Below the pieces are notes generated by a model. That model did not search any database and was not told the DNA's origin. It worked only from the letters and a program-made list of their open reading frames with translations. A stretch of 64,000 nucleotides of DNA from Candidatus Fraserbacteria bacterium. Lineage in GTDB: Bacteria > Bipolaricaulota > Bipolaricaulia > RBG-16-55-9. The stretch spans positions 5,176 through 69,175 of the forward strand of contig JBBIPG010000002.1 in assembly GCA_037442925.1 (NCBI GenBank). Direction: 5' to 3'. The position numbers and the translations under genes were made by a program. Of this stretch, positions 56,235 to 64,000 are shown piece after piece (position 1 is the first letter of the stretch; each line of letters opens with the position of its first letter).

Positions 56235-56873
56235 ATGAAGCCCAACCCGACATGGGAGAAGAGCCTGGAGCCGCAGATCCAGCGGGCGCGGGAGGAACTG
56301 CGCCGCCGCGACCCCCACATAATAGCCGATCTCAGTGGGGGGGAGTACATTGAGAGTACATCAGGCAGCGGCGAGATGCGTCTGCAATTCTTTGGGCGCA
56401 TCTACAAGATCGACTGGCCGGAGTTGGAGACTGTGGATCCCCAAGGACGCCCTTGCTCGAATCCCATGCAAGCATCGCTCTTGCAGTATCTTCTTCTGGC
56501 TGACGGGTCGCCGCTTGCGGACCAGTGGGTTTCGCTGCGAGAGCTGCCCAATGGGGCCTTCTACGAGCGAGCCTTTCAGAGCTATTCTGGAAATCTGGTT
56601 GCACGTACGTTCAAGAGCGACGTGCAAGCCTTTCGCAATGCCGCGCTCAAGCTGGGCGGTGAGCTCCTATCGCTCGGAGATGCTTCGTTTCGCTTCTGGG
56701 CGCTTCCCAAGATCCCGCTGGCTCTTGTCTACTGGTCCGGTGGCGATGAATTCCCCGCAAGTGCACAAGTCTTGTTTGACGCTTCTGCAGGACACTATCA
56801 CCACTTGGAGATGCTGGCACATCTGGGGGCGTTGCTCTGCGATAGGGTCATCGCGGCGCACGAAGCGTGCTAG
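56235..56873 (+). CDS. DUF3786-like protein commonly found in CODH/ACS clusters
   Basis: 212 aa. Motif recollection (ALPKIPLALVYWSGGDEF) and synteny. Family assignment made from memory. Confidence 0.5.
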   Translation: MKPNPTWEKSLEPQIQRAREELRRRDPHIIADLSGGEYIESTSGSGEMRLQFFGRIYKIDWPELETVDPQGRPCSNPMQASLLQYLLLADGSPLADQWVSLRELPNGAFYERAFQSYSGNLVARTFKSDVQAFRNAALKLGGELLSLGDASFRFWALPKIPLALVYWSGGDEFPASAQVLFDASAGHYHHLEMLAHLGALLCDRVIAAHEAC

Positions 56874-56916
56874 GAGAGATCGTCACGATGGGCAAGAAGA
56901 AGTAGGTATTACGCCA

Positions 56917-57117
56917 ATGAATCTCGATTTCTACGCACCAGATTTGCGAGAGCAGTTGGGCAAACTTGACCGAGAGAAGACGTATGTCGTCTACTGTCGA
57001 ACGGGAAATCGCTCTGCGCAGACTGTGGCCCTGATGAAGGAGTTGGAGTTCCGCCGGATCTATAACTTAGAGAGCGGGATTGTGGCATGGCAGAGTGAGG
57101 GCCTACCACTCAAGTAA
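56917..57117 (+). CDS. Short rhodanese-like domain (C-terminal half with active-site loop CRTGNRS); possibly truncated
   Basis: VVYCRTGNRSAQTVALMKELEF...GIVAWQ. Only 66 codons from first ATG. The upstream part of ORF-track 56335 frame is an overlap artefact. Confidence 0.5.
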   Translation: MNLDFYAPDLREQLGKLDREKTYVVYCRTGNRSAQTVALMKELEFRRIYNLESGIVAWQSEGLPLK

Positions 57118-57135
57118 GCGAGGGGAGGGAGTTCT

Positions 57136-58302
57136 ATGCGAGACGTTGTGATCGTTGGAGCCGCCCGCTGCGCCGTAGGCAGAGCGGTCAAGGGCATCTT
57201 GAGAAATACGCGGCCAGATGAGATGGCGGCGGAAGTGTTGAAGGGTTTGATTCAAAAGACGGGCGTTAACCCCGCCGAACTCGATGACCTTCGTCTGGGT
57301 TGTGCTATACCGGAGGCAGAGCAGGGCCTTAACGTCGCCCGCATCACACAGTTTTTGGCCAAGATTCCCGAGAGGGTTCCCGCCTGCACGATCAATCGCT
57401 TCTGCGCCTCAGGGCTGGAGTCCATTGTCAATGCTTGCTATCAGATTGCGTATGGCGACGCGGATTTGATCATGGCGGGTGGTGTGGAGAGCATGAGCAA
57501 GGTCCCCATGACGGGGCACACGCCGCGGCCCAATCCCAAGCTGGCCGTAGAGTATCCCGAGGTCTACACTCCCATGGGAATCACAGCGGAGAATCTCGTC
57601 GAACGATACAAGATCTCTCGTGAAGCCCAAGACCAGTTCGCGTACGAGTCGCACAGGAAAGCAGCCCAAGCGACCAGAGAGGGCCGCTTCAAAGAGGAGA
57701 TTGTCCCGCTCGAGGTACAAGTCGACGGCAAGCGAGTCTTGCACGAAATCGATGAGACCATTCGCCCAGATACGACGGTAGAAGCCTTGGCAACGCTTAA
57801 ACCTTCCTTCAAAGAGGGGGGAACGGTCACGCCGGGGAACTCTTCTCCCCTGACCGACGGAGCCTCGGCGGTGTTGATCGCATCCAAGAAGAAGGCCCGC
57901 AGCTTGGGTTTGAAGCCATTCGCTCGATTCGTCTGTGCCGCGACCTCGGGTGTCGCTCCGGAGATCATGGGGATCGGCCCGGTCTACGCCATCCCCAAAG
58001 CTCTTGCGAAGGCGAATCTCTCACTCAAAGACATCGACTTGATTGAGCTGAACGAGGCGTTTGCTGCCCAATCGCTGGCCGTCATTCAAGAGCTGGATCT
58101 GCCAATGAGAAAACTTAACGTCAACGGCGGGGCAATCGCACTGGGCCATGCCCTTGGCTCTTCGGGAGCTCGCCTGACGACAACGTTGGTCTATGAGATG
58201 GCCCGGCGAGAGGTGGCTCTTGGGTTGGTCTCGATGTGCGTGGGAGGCGGCCAAGGGATGGCTGCCATCTTCGAGCGCGTGTGGGAAGGGAGCAGAAGGT
58301 GA
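57136..58302 (+). CDS. Acetyl-CoA C-acetyltransferase (thiolase II)
   Basis: VIVGAARCAVGR, NRFCASGLESI active-site Cys, C-terminal GGGQGMA. 388 aa. Confidence 0.9.
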   Translation: MRDVVIVGAARCAVGRAVKGILRNTRPDEMAAEVLKGLIQKTGVNPAELDDLRLGCAIPEAEQGLNVARITQFLAKIPERVPACTINRFCASGLESIVNACYQIAYGDADLIMAGGVESMSKVPMTGHTPRPNPKLAVEYPEVYTPMGITAENLVERYKISREAQDQFAYESHRKAAQATREGRFKEEIVPLEVQVDGKRVLHEIDETIRPDTTVEALATLKPSFKEGGTVTPGNSSPLTDGASAVLIASKKKARSLGLKPFARFVCAATSGVAPEIMGIGPVYAIPKALAKANLSLKDIDLIELNEAFAAQSLAVIQELDLPMRKLNVNGGAIALGHALGSSGARLTTTLVYEMARREVALGLVSMCVGGGQGMAAIFERVWEGSRR

Positions 58303-60704
58303 TGCGAAAAATCAAGACAGCGGTGGTGTTGGGTGCCGGAACCATGGGAGCAGGCATCGCGGCCCTTTTGGCAAGCGTGGGCATCAAGACGTATCTACTG
58401 GACATCGTACCCAAGGAATTGACGCCGGAAGAGAAAGCGAAAGGCTTGAGTCTCCGTGAGCCCGTCGTCCGCAATAGAATTGTAAACTCCGGTCTTCAGC
58501 GGGCCCTCAAGGCAAGCCCGGCCCTCTTCTATGATCCGGCCGATGCACAACTCATCACAGTGGGAAACATCGAGGACAATCTCGACTGGCTGAGAGAAGC
58601 CGACTGGATCGTCGAGGCGGTCTTTGAAAGACTCGATGTCAAACAAGACATCTTTGCCAAGATCGAGAAGTTCAGGAACCCGCATTCCATCGTCAGCTCC
58701 AATACTTCGGGGATTGCACTCAAAGCGATCACTCAAAAGTCCTCACCGGAGCTCAAGAAGCACACACTCATCACGCACTTCTTCAACCCCGTTCGCTACA
58801 TGAAACTTCTGGAAGTCGTCGCCGGCACGGAGACCGACCCGAAAATCCTAGAATTCATGAGCGACTTTGCCGAGCGCAAGCTAGGCAAGGGAGTCGTCCT
58901 GGCGAAGGACACGCCTAACTTCATCTGCAATCGTATCGGCATCTTCGGCATCTGCTATCTGTTAAAAGCTATGCAAGAGGGCGACTATAAAGTCGAAGAG
59001 ATTGACGCGATCTTTGGACCGTCATTGGGGCGCCCCAAGAGCGCCGTCTTCCGAACGGTCGACTTGGTCGGCTTGGATGTCATGGCCGATGTCATCAAGA
59101 ATATCTATACGAGCTTGCCGAACGATCCGATGCGTGAGGTCTATCGCCCGCCCGATTTCATCCAGAAGATGCTCACTCAAGGGCTCTTGGGACGCAAGGC
59201 AGGCAAGGGGTTCTATCAAGAAAAGACCCTCAACGGCAAGCGGGAGTTCTGGGTCTTCGATTACAACATTCTCAACTATCGTCGCCAGGAGAAGTTCGAC
59301 TATCCCTCGTTAGCCAAAGCGACGCAGCAGTCCACTGTCGGCGAGAAGATCAAGACCGTCGTCTACTCTGACGACCGCGCAGGTCAGATCGCCTGGAAGG
59401 TGCTCTCAGAAACTCTGCTCTATACGGCCACTCTGATTCCGGAGATCTCGGACGATGTCTACCCCATTGATCATGCGATGAAATGGGGCTTCAACTGGGA
59501 GCTAGGGCCATTTGAGACATGGGATGCGATCGGCGTTCGCGAGTCTGTGGAGCGGCTGCAACGCGAGGGCAAGAAGATCCCTAAGCTTGTTGAAGATCTC
59601 TTGCAGCGAGGAGAGAGCTTCTATCACAAGCGGGACTCCAAGAAGCTTTACTATGACATCCAGCTAAGAGACTATCGCGAATTGCCACGGCCTGCCGGTG
59701 TCATAGTGCTCTCGCAGCTTAAAGAAGACAGGAAGAGGATCATCAGAGAATCGCCGGGGGCTTCGCTCGTAGATCTAGGCGATGGCGTGGCGTGTCTCGA
59801 ATTCCACACGTACATGAACACCGTGGATGCGGATGTCATCGAGATGATGAACGCTTCGCTTGATGAGGTCGAGAAGAACTACGAGGGGCTCGTCATCGGG
59901 AACGAAGGCCAGAACTTCTGTGTCGGGGCCAACGTCGCGTTGCTTCTGGGAGCGATGCAGAGTCAAAGCTGGAATGAGATCGATCGGCTGGTGAAGGCCT
60001 TTCAAGACACCAACATGGCAATCAAGTACTTCGACAAGCCCGTCGTCGCTGCTCCCTTCAATATGACGTTAGGAGGCGGTGCGGAGATCGCCATGCACTG
60101 CGCTCGCATTCGCGCCCATAGCGAGCTGTACATGGGTCAAGTCGAGTTCGGGGTCGGCTTGATCCCGGCGGCAGGAGGCTGCAAGGAGCTTTGGATCAGA
60201 AATATAGAGAACGTCCCCGAGGATGCCAGCGTAGATCTCTTCCCGTACTTGCAGAGGGCTTTCGAGACGATCGCATTGGCGAAAGTGGCGACGAGTGCGA
60301 AAGAAGCTAGAAAGTTAGGCTTTCTTCGCCGAGTGGATAAGATCACACCAAACCGAGATCGCCTGATGGCTGAAGCGAAAGAGCAAGCGCTGGCGCTCGT
60401 CCGCGAGGGCTATGAACCGCCAGTTCCGAGAAGGTATCAAGTCTTGGGGCGAAGCGGGTATGCAGCGTTACAGATCGCGATCAAGAGCTTCCAGTGGGGC
60501 AAGCGCGTCACAGATCATGAGGTCGTGATGGCGACGCAGCTAGCCAAAGTGCTCACGGGTGGAGATGTAGAAGCGGGCACGGAAGTGACAGAACAACACT
60601 TGTTGGATCTGGAGCGTGAGGCGTTTCTCCATCTCTGCGGAACCGTCAAGACTCAAGAGCGCATCCAGCACTTTCTGACTACGGGGAAACCACCGAGGAA
60701 TTGA
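58302..60704 (+). CDS. Fused 3-hydroxyacyl-CoA dehydrogenase (N) / enoyl-CoA hydratase (crotonase, C) multifunctional enzyme
   Basis: N-terminal VVLGAGTMGAGIAALLA Rossmann. C-terminal crotonase-like FCVGANVALL...GGGAEIAMHC. ATG overlaps thiolase stop. Confidence 0.85.
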   Translation: MRKIKTAVVLGAGTMGAGIAALLASVGIKTYLLDIVPKELTPEEKAKGLSLREPVVRNRIVNSGLQRALKASPALFYDPADAQLITVGNIEDNLDWLREADWIVEAVFERLDVKQDIFAKIEKFRNPHSIVSSNTSGIALKAITQKSSPELKKHTLITHFFNPVRYMKLLEVVAGTETDPKILEFMSDFAERKLGKGVVLAKDTPNFICNRIGIFGICYLLKAMQEGDYKVEEIDAIFGPSLGRPKSAVFRTVDLVGLDVMADVIKNIYTSLPNDPMREVYRPPDFIQKMLTQGLLGRKAGKGFYQEKTLNGKREFWVFDYNILNYRRQEKFDYPSLAKATQQSTVGEKIKTVVYSDDRAGQIAWKVLSETLLYTATLIPEISDDVYPIDHAMKWGFNWELGPFETWDAIGVRESVERLQREGKKIPKLVEDLLQRGESFYHKRDSKKLYYDIQLRDYRELPRPAGVIVLSQLKEDRKRIIRESPGASLVDLGDGVACLEFHTYMNTVDADVIEMMNASLDEVEKNYEGLVIGNEGQNFCVGANVALLLGAMQSQSWNEIDRLVKAFQDTNMAIKYFDKPVVAAPFNMTLGGGAEIAMHCARIRAHSELYMGQVEFGVGLIPAAGGCKELWIRNIENVPEDASVDLFPYLQRAFETIALAKVATSAKEARKLGFLRRVDKITPNRDRLMAEAKEQALALVREGYEPPVPRRYQVLGRSGYAALQIAIKSFQWGKRVTDHEVVMATQLAKVLTGGDVEAGTEVTEQHLLDLEREAFLHLCGTVKTQERIQHFLTTGKPPRN

Positions 60705-60741
60705 GCGAGAAGCCACTGCGCACCGTGATGTGGGAGGTGAG

Positions 60742-62211
60742 ATGATGTTCAACAAGATTGCAGCTAAATTGGCGATCTTGAGCACAGCAGCGTCGCTATT
60801 GGCCGTAGCGTTACTCTTGGGCCTGAATCAGCCTGCGATGCAGGCTCAGAGCACAAGCGTCTGTGTGGACTGTCACACGAAAGAAACCCCAGGCATCGTC
60901 GCTCAGTGGCAAAAGGGGAAGATGGGTCAGATGGGTCTCGATTGCTCCGTCTGCCACGGCTCTGAACATAAAGATGCGAGTGATGCCGCGAAGGCCCAAC
61001 GGCCCACTCCCGAGACCTGCAAGACCTGCCATGCGCAGCAGGTCGAGCAGTTTCGATCCGGCAAGCACTCGCTAGCCTGGGTGGCTATGAAAGCCATGCC
61101 CATGGTCGTTCATCAACCCGTAGCCGTGATCGGTTCCGAAGGCTTTAAGGGTTGCTCCGGTTGCCATAAGATCGGCGAGAAGTCAGCCGAAGAGCTACAA
61201 GGGTTCCGCTACGGCACGGGAAGTTGCGATTCTTGTCATACCCGCCATAGTTTCAATGTTAGCGAAGCGCGCGACCCCAGAGCTTGCCAAACTTGCCACA
61301 TGGGCTTCGACCACCCCCAGTGGGAGATGTGGTCCACTTCCAAGCACGGCACCATCTGGCAGATCGAGGGAGACACCGGACGTGCCCCCACGTGCCAGAC
61401 CTGCCACATGTCCGAGGGCAATCACGCCGTGATGACCGCCTGGGGATTTCTCGCTCTGCGCGTACCAGAGGACGATCCAGAGTGGTGGGCTGATCGGGTG
61501 GAGATCCTCAAAGCTTTGGGGGTCTTCGATGAGAAGGGTCAAGGCACGGAACGTCTCGAGGCAGTCGAAGCAGCGAGAATGGCTCGCTTGACCAAAGAGG
61601 AATTTCAGGCTGAGCGGGCTAAGACGGAAGGCAACTGCGCACGCTGCCACTCGGCCAGCTATGTGGCTGAGCAATTGGCCGCCGGTGATGCGATCATTCG
61701 CGAAGCAGATCGCATCATGGCCGAAGCCATCCGCACGGTCAAGGGTCTCTACAGTGACGGGCTGCTACAAGTGCCCCAAGGATGGAAGTATGCTCCTGAC
61801 CTGCTGCAGTTCTATGAGGCCAAGAGCAGCGTGGAACAGGAGCTATACGTCATGTTTCTGGAATACCGCATGAGGGCCTTTCAAGGCGCGTTTCACGTCA
61901 ACCCGGACTACATGCACTGGTATGGCTGGGCTCCGATGAAGGAGTCCTTGCAGAAGATCAAGGATGAAGCAGTCCGCATGAGAGCTGAAGCTGCCGCCAA
62001 GCCCGCCGGAGAGGCTGTTCCACAGAAAGAGATCACTACGCTCAAGAGCGAGCTCGATAAGGTCACACGTGATCTGGAGAAGCTCGTCATCGAAGGGGAA
62101 ACACTGAAGGGTGAGGTAACCGAGGCAAAGCAAGGCCAGACGCTTGTCCTTAGGGCTGTAGTCATCGGCCTGATTGCCTTGATCCTCAGTGCCCTCGCAC
62201 TGTTGGGATAA
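60742..62211 (+). CDS. Membrane-anchored octaheme c-type cytochrome (8 CxxCH)
   Basis: Signal/TM N-terminus. Heme motifs CVDCH, CSVCH, CKTCH, CSGCH, CDSCH, CQTCH, CQTCH, CARCH. Coiled-coil then C-terminal TM helix. Confidence 0.8.
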   Translation: MMFNKIAAKLAILSTAASLLAVALLLGLNQPAMQAQSTSVCVDCHTKETPGIVAQWQKGKMGQMGLDCSVCHGSEHKDASDAAKAQRPTPETCKTCHAQQVEQFRSGKHSLAWVAMKAMPMVVHQPVAVIGSEGFKGCSGCHKIGEKSAEELQGFRYGTGSCDSCHTRHSFNVSEARDPRACQTCHMGFDHPQWEMWSTSKHGTIWQIEGDTGRAPTCQTCHMSEGNHAVMTAWGFLALRVPEDDPEWWADRVEILKALGVFDEKGQGTERLEAVEAARMARLTKEEFQAERAKTEGNCARCHSASYVAEQLAAGDAIIREADRIMAEAIRTVKGLYSDGLLQVPQGWKYAPDLLQFYEAKSSVEQELYVMFLEYRMRAFQGAFHVNPDYMHWYGWAPMKESLQKIKDEAVRMRAEAAAKPAGEAVPQKEITTLKSELDKVTRDLEKLVIEGETLKGEVTEAKQGQTLVLRAVVIGLIALILSALALLG

Positions 62212-62255
62212 CAGAGAAAGGCAGGTCTGCGCACGGTGAAAGTGGGGAAAGGCTT

Positions 62256-62747
62256 ATGACGGAGATTGAGGCAGTGGAATCGCGCCTGCAACAGATCTTC
62301 ACGGCATATCAGGGCGAGGCTGCTGAATTGATTCCCCTCTTGCAGGCAGCCCAAGCGCACTTTGGCTATCTTCCCAAAGAAGTCCTATGTGCCATCGCGC
62401 GCTTCACCAGAGTGCCCGAGAGTAAAGTCTACGGCGTGGCGACGTTTTATGCCCAGTTCAAGCTGACTCGACAGGGCCAGCACTCGGTCAAGGTTTGTCA
62501 AGGAACAGCGTGTCACGTCAAGGGCGCTCCCCGACTCATGCGAACAGTTGAGACGGAGTTGGGCATTCAGCCGGGCGAGACGACAGGAGATTATCGATTC
62601 AGCTTAGAGCGGGTAGCCTGCTTTGGCTCCTGTGCGTTGGCTCCGGTCATCGTGATCGACGAACGCGTCCACGTCAAGATGACGACCCAGAAAGCCAAGG
62701 AGCTGCTGAGGAAATATGAGAAACATGAACTTCGAGAAGCTTCGTAA
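62256..62747 (+). CDS. NuoE/HoxE-like thioredoxin-fold [2Fe-2S] subunit
   Basis: CQGTACHVKG and CFGSCALAPV motifs. Confidence 0.85.
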   Translation: MTEIEAVESRLQQIFTAYQGEAAELIPLLQAAQAHFGYLPKEVLCAIARFTRVPESKVYGVATFYAQFKLTRQGQHSVKVCQGTACHVKGAPRLMRTVETELGIQPGETTGDYRFSLERVACFGSCALAPVIVIDERVHVKMTTQKAKELLRKYEKHELREAS

Positions 62748-64000
62748 CCAAGCCCTGGCCGAATGGGAGACGTTGCAACACAGTGACAAGCCCCAGATCA
62801 TTGTGGGCGCTGGGACCTGTGGTCGAGCGGCGGGCGCGCTGGAAGTGCTCGATGCCATCACGAGGGAACTCGCCCTCTGTGGTATCAAGGCTGTGGTTCG
62901 AGAGGTTGGCTGCATGGGCCTCTGCTTTGCCGAGGTTCTTGTCGACATCATCAAGCCGGGACGACCGCGCATCTGTTACAAGAACATGACGCCGGAGCTG
63001 GTTCCAGAGCTGATCGAAGAGTATTTGGTGAGAGACAATCCACGGCCTGATCTGGCTCTGGGGGCCTTGGGTGAAGGTCAGATCGATGGCATCCCCCGTT
63101 TGATGGATCTCCCGCTGATGGCGACCCAGCGGCGCGTCGTTTTGGCTCGCTGTGGTCACATCAATCCCGAGAGCATTCATGAATACATCGCTACTGACGG
63201 TTATGCGGGTTTGCTCAAAGCGTTGGAACAACCTCCCGAAGCAATCATTGATGAGGTAAAACGATCCGGCTTACGCGGGCGTGGCGGCGCGGGTTTTCCG
63301 ACGGGGCGCAAATGGGAGCTCTGCCGCCAAGCCCCCGGCGACGGAAAATATGTTATTTGCAATGCCCACGAGGGTGATCCCGGCTCCTTTCAGGATCGCA
63401 CGATTCTGGTCAGTGACCCGCATGCTGTGATCGAGGGCATGATTATTGCCGCTTATGCCATCGGTGCCAAGCAGGGCTATATTTACATGGGGGCTGAGAA
63501 CGCTCTGGTGATGGAGCGTGTGCAGAAGGCTCTTCAGCAAGCTCGAGAGAATGGGCTCTTAGGCAGGGATATCTTAGACAGCGGCTTCGATTGCGACATC
63601 GAGATCTTTGCGGGTGTGGTCGCCTATGTGTGTGGCGAGGAGACGGCTCTGATTGCTTCCATAGAAGGCAGCCGCGGGATGCCTCGCCCCCGCCCGCCCT
63701 TCCCGGCCCAGTCGGGCCTTTGGGGCAAACCCACTGTGATCAACAACGTCAAGACCTTGGCCAGCGTTCCGGCCATCATCCGGCAGGGAGCCGACTGGTA
63801 CGCCCAAATCGGGACCGAAAAGAGCAAAGGGACGGCGATCTTTTCGCTGGCCGGCAAGATCCAAAACTGTGGACTGCTCGAAGTCCCGATGGGTACGACG
63901 CTTTCTCGGATTATTGCTGACATCGGCGGTGGGGTTGCCGGTGGCAAGGCCCTCAAAGCTGTACAAACGGGGGGCCCTTCGGGAGGCTGTCTGCCGGCGA
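62716..64000 (+). CDS. NuoF/HoxF-like NAD(H)-binding flavoprotein subunit (FMN, Fe-S), 3' end beyond window
   Basis: N-terminal thioredoxin-like GTCGRAAGA domain, then GLRGRGGAGFPTGRKW NuoF signature. Translated manually; not in ORF track because no stop lies in the window. Confidence 0.8.
   Translation, partial: MRNMNFEKLRNQALAEWETLQHSDKPQIIVGAGTCGRAAGALEVLDAITRELALCGIKAVVREVGCMGLCFAEVLVDIIKPGRPRICYKNMTPELVPELIEEYLVRDNPRPDLALGALGEGQIDGIPRLMDLPLMATQRRVVLARCGHINPESIHEYIATDGYAGLLKALEQPPEAIIDEVKRSGLRGRGGAGFPTGRKWELCRQAPGDGKYVICNAHEGDPGSFQDRTILVSDPHAVIEGMIIAAYAIGAKQGYIYMGAENALVMERVQKALQQARENGLLGRDILDSGFDCDIEIFAGVVAYVCGEETALIASIEGSRGMPRPRPPFPAQSGLWGKPTVINNVKTLASVPAIIRQGADWYAQIGTEKSKGTAIFSLAGKIQNCGLLEVPMGTTLSRIIADIGGGVAGGKALKAVQTGGPSGGCLPA

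Noticed and set aside
56335-56916. Upstream 194 codons of ORF 56335-57117
   Set aside because: Out-of-frame overlap with the DUF3786 gene. Only the final 66 codons (rhodanese-like) look genuine.
1-64000. CRISPR arrays, tRNA/rRNA genes, transposases or integrases
   Set aside because: No short direct-repeat/spacer arrays, no cloverleaf-compatible intergenic segments and no transposase- or integrase-like ORFs were seen. Intergenic regions are short.

Overview
High-GC (thermophile-like) chromosomal window packed with anaerobic energy-metabolism genes. The order along the window is as follows. (1) Minus strand, 349-10200: a Thermus-type respiratory nitrate reductase operon narC(cyt c)-narG-narH-narJ-narI-narK1-narK2. 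Upstream of it sits a Cys-rich PAS + winged-helix/BTAD (SARP-type, DnrS-like) regulator, then rluA and kbl, then a Crp/Fnr-family (DnrT-like) regulator. (2) Plus strand, 14753-22919: two adjacent four-subunit 2-oxoacid:ferredoxin oxidoreductase (OFOR) operons, porGDAB then korDABG-like. The first is headed by an unusual wHTH-GNAT-GltD tri-domain fusion and preceded by a perfect CRP-type palindrome TGTGAGAATTCTCACA. (3) A small coupled acidic ORF and a PflX-like radical SAM, a PEBP lipoprotein and a HAD hydrolase. (4) Minus strand: a secreted 3x69-aa tandem-repeat protein and a DUF2231 membrane protein, a two-component system, an Rrf2 Fe-S regulator, a LonC-like protease, hypFCDE, and a third OFOR cluster whose delta subunit is replaced by a GltD-like::2x[4Fe-4S] fusion. 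(5) Plus strand, 41291-60704: a complete CODH/acetyl-CoA synthase (Wood-Ljungdahl) cluster cooC-cooF-FAD/NAD oxidoreductase-acsB-acsC-RACo-acsF-acsD-acsE-radical SAM-cooS-DUF3786-rhodanese fragment-thiolase-HBD/crotonase fusion. (6) An anchored octaheme cytochrome c and NuoE/NuoF-like subunits running off the window end. The most striking observation is that acsB is 1199 codons long because a 459-aa LAGLIDADG-type intein appears to be inserted exactly at the Cys-Gly-Cys Ni-bridging motif of the A-cluster. No CRISPR array, rRNA or tRNA was recognised. All calls come from reading translations and motifs by eye; no database searches were run.
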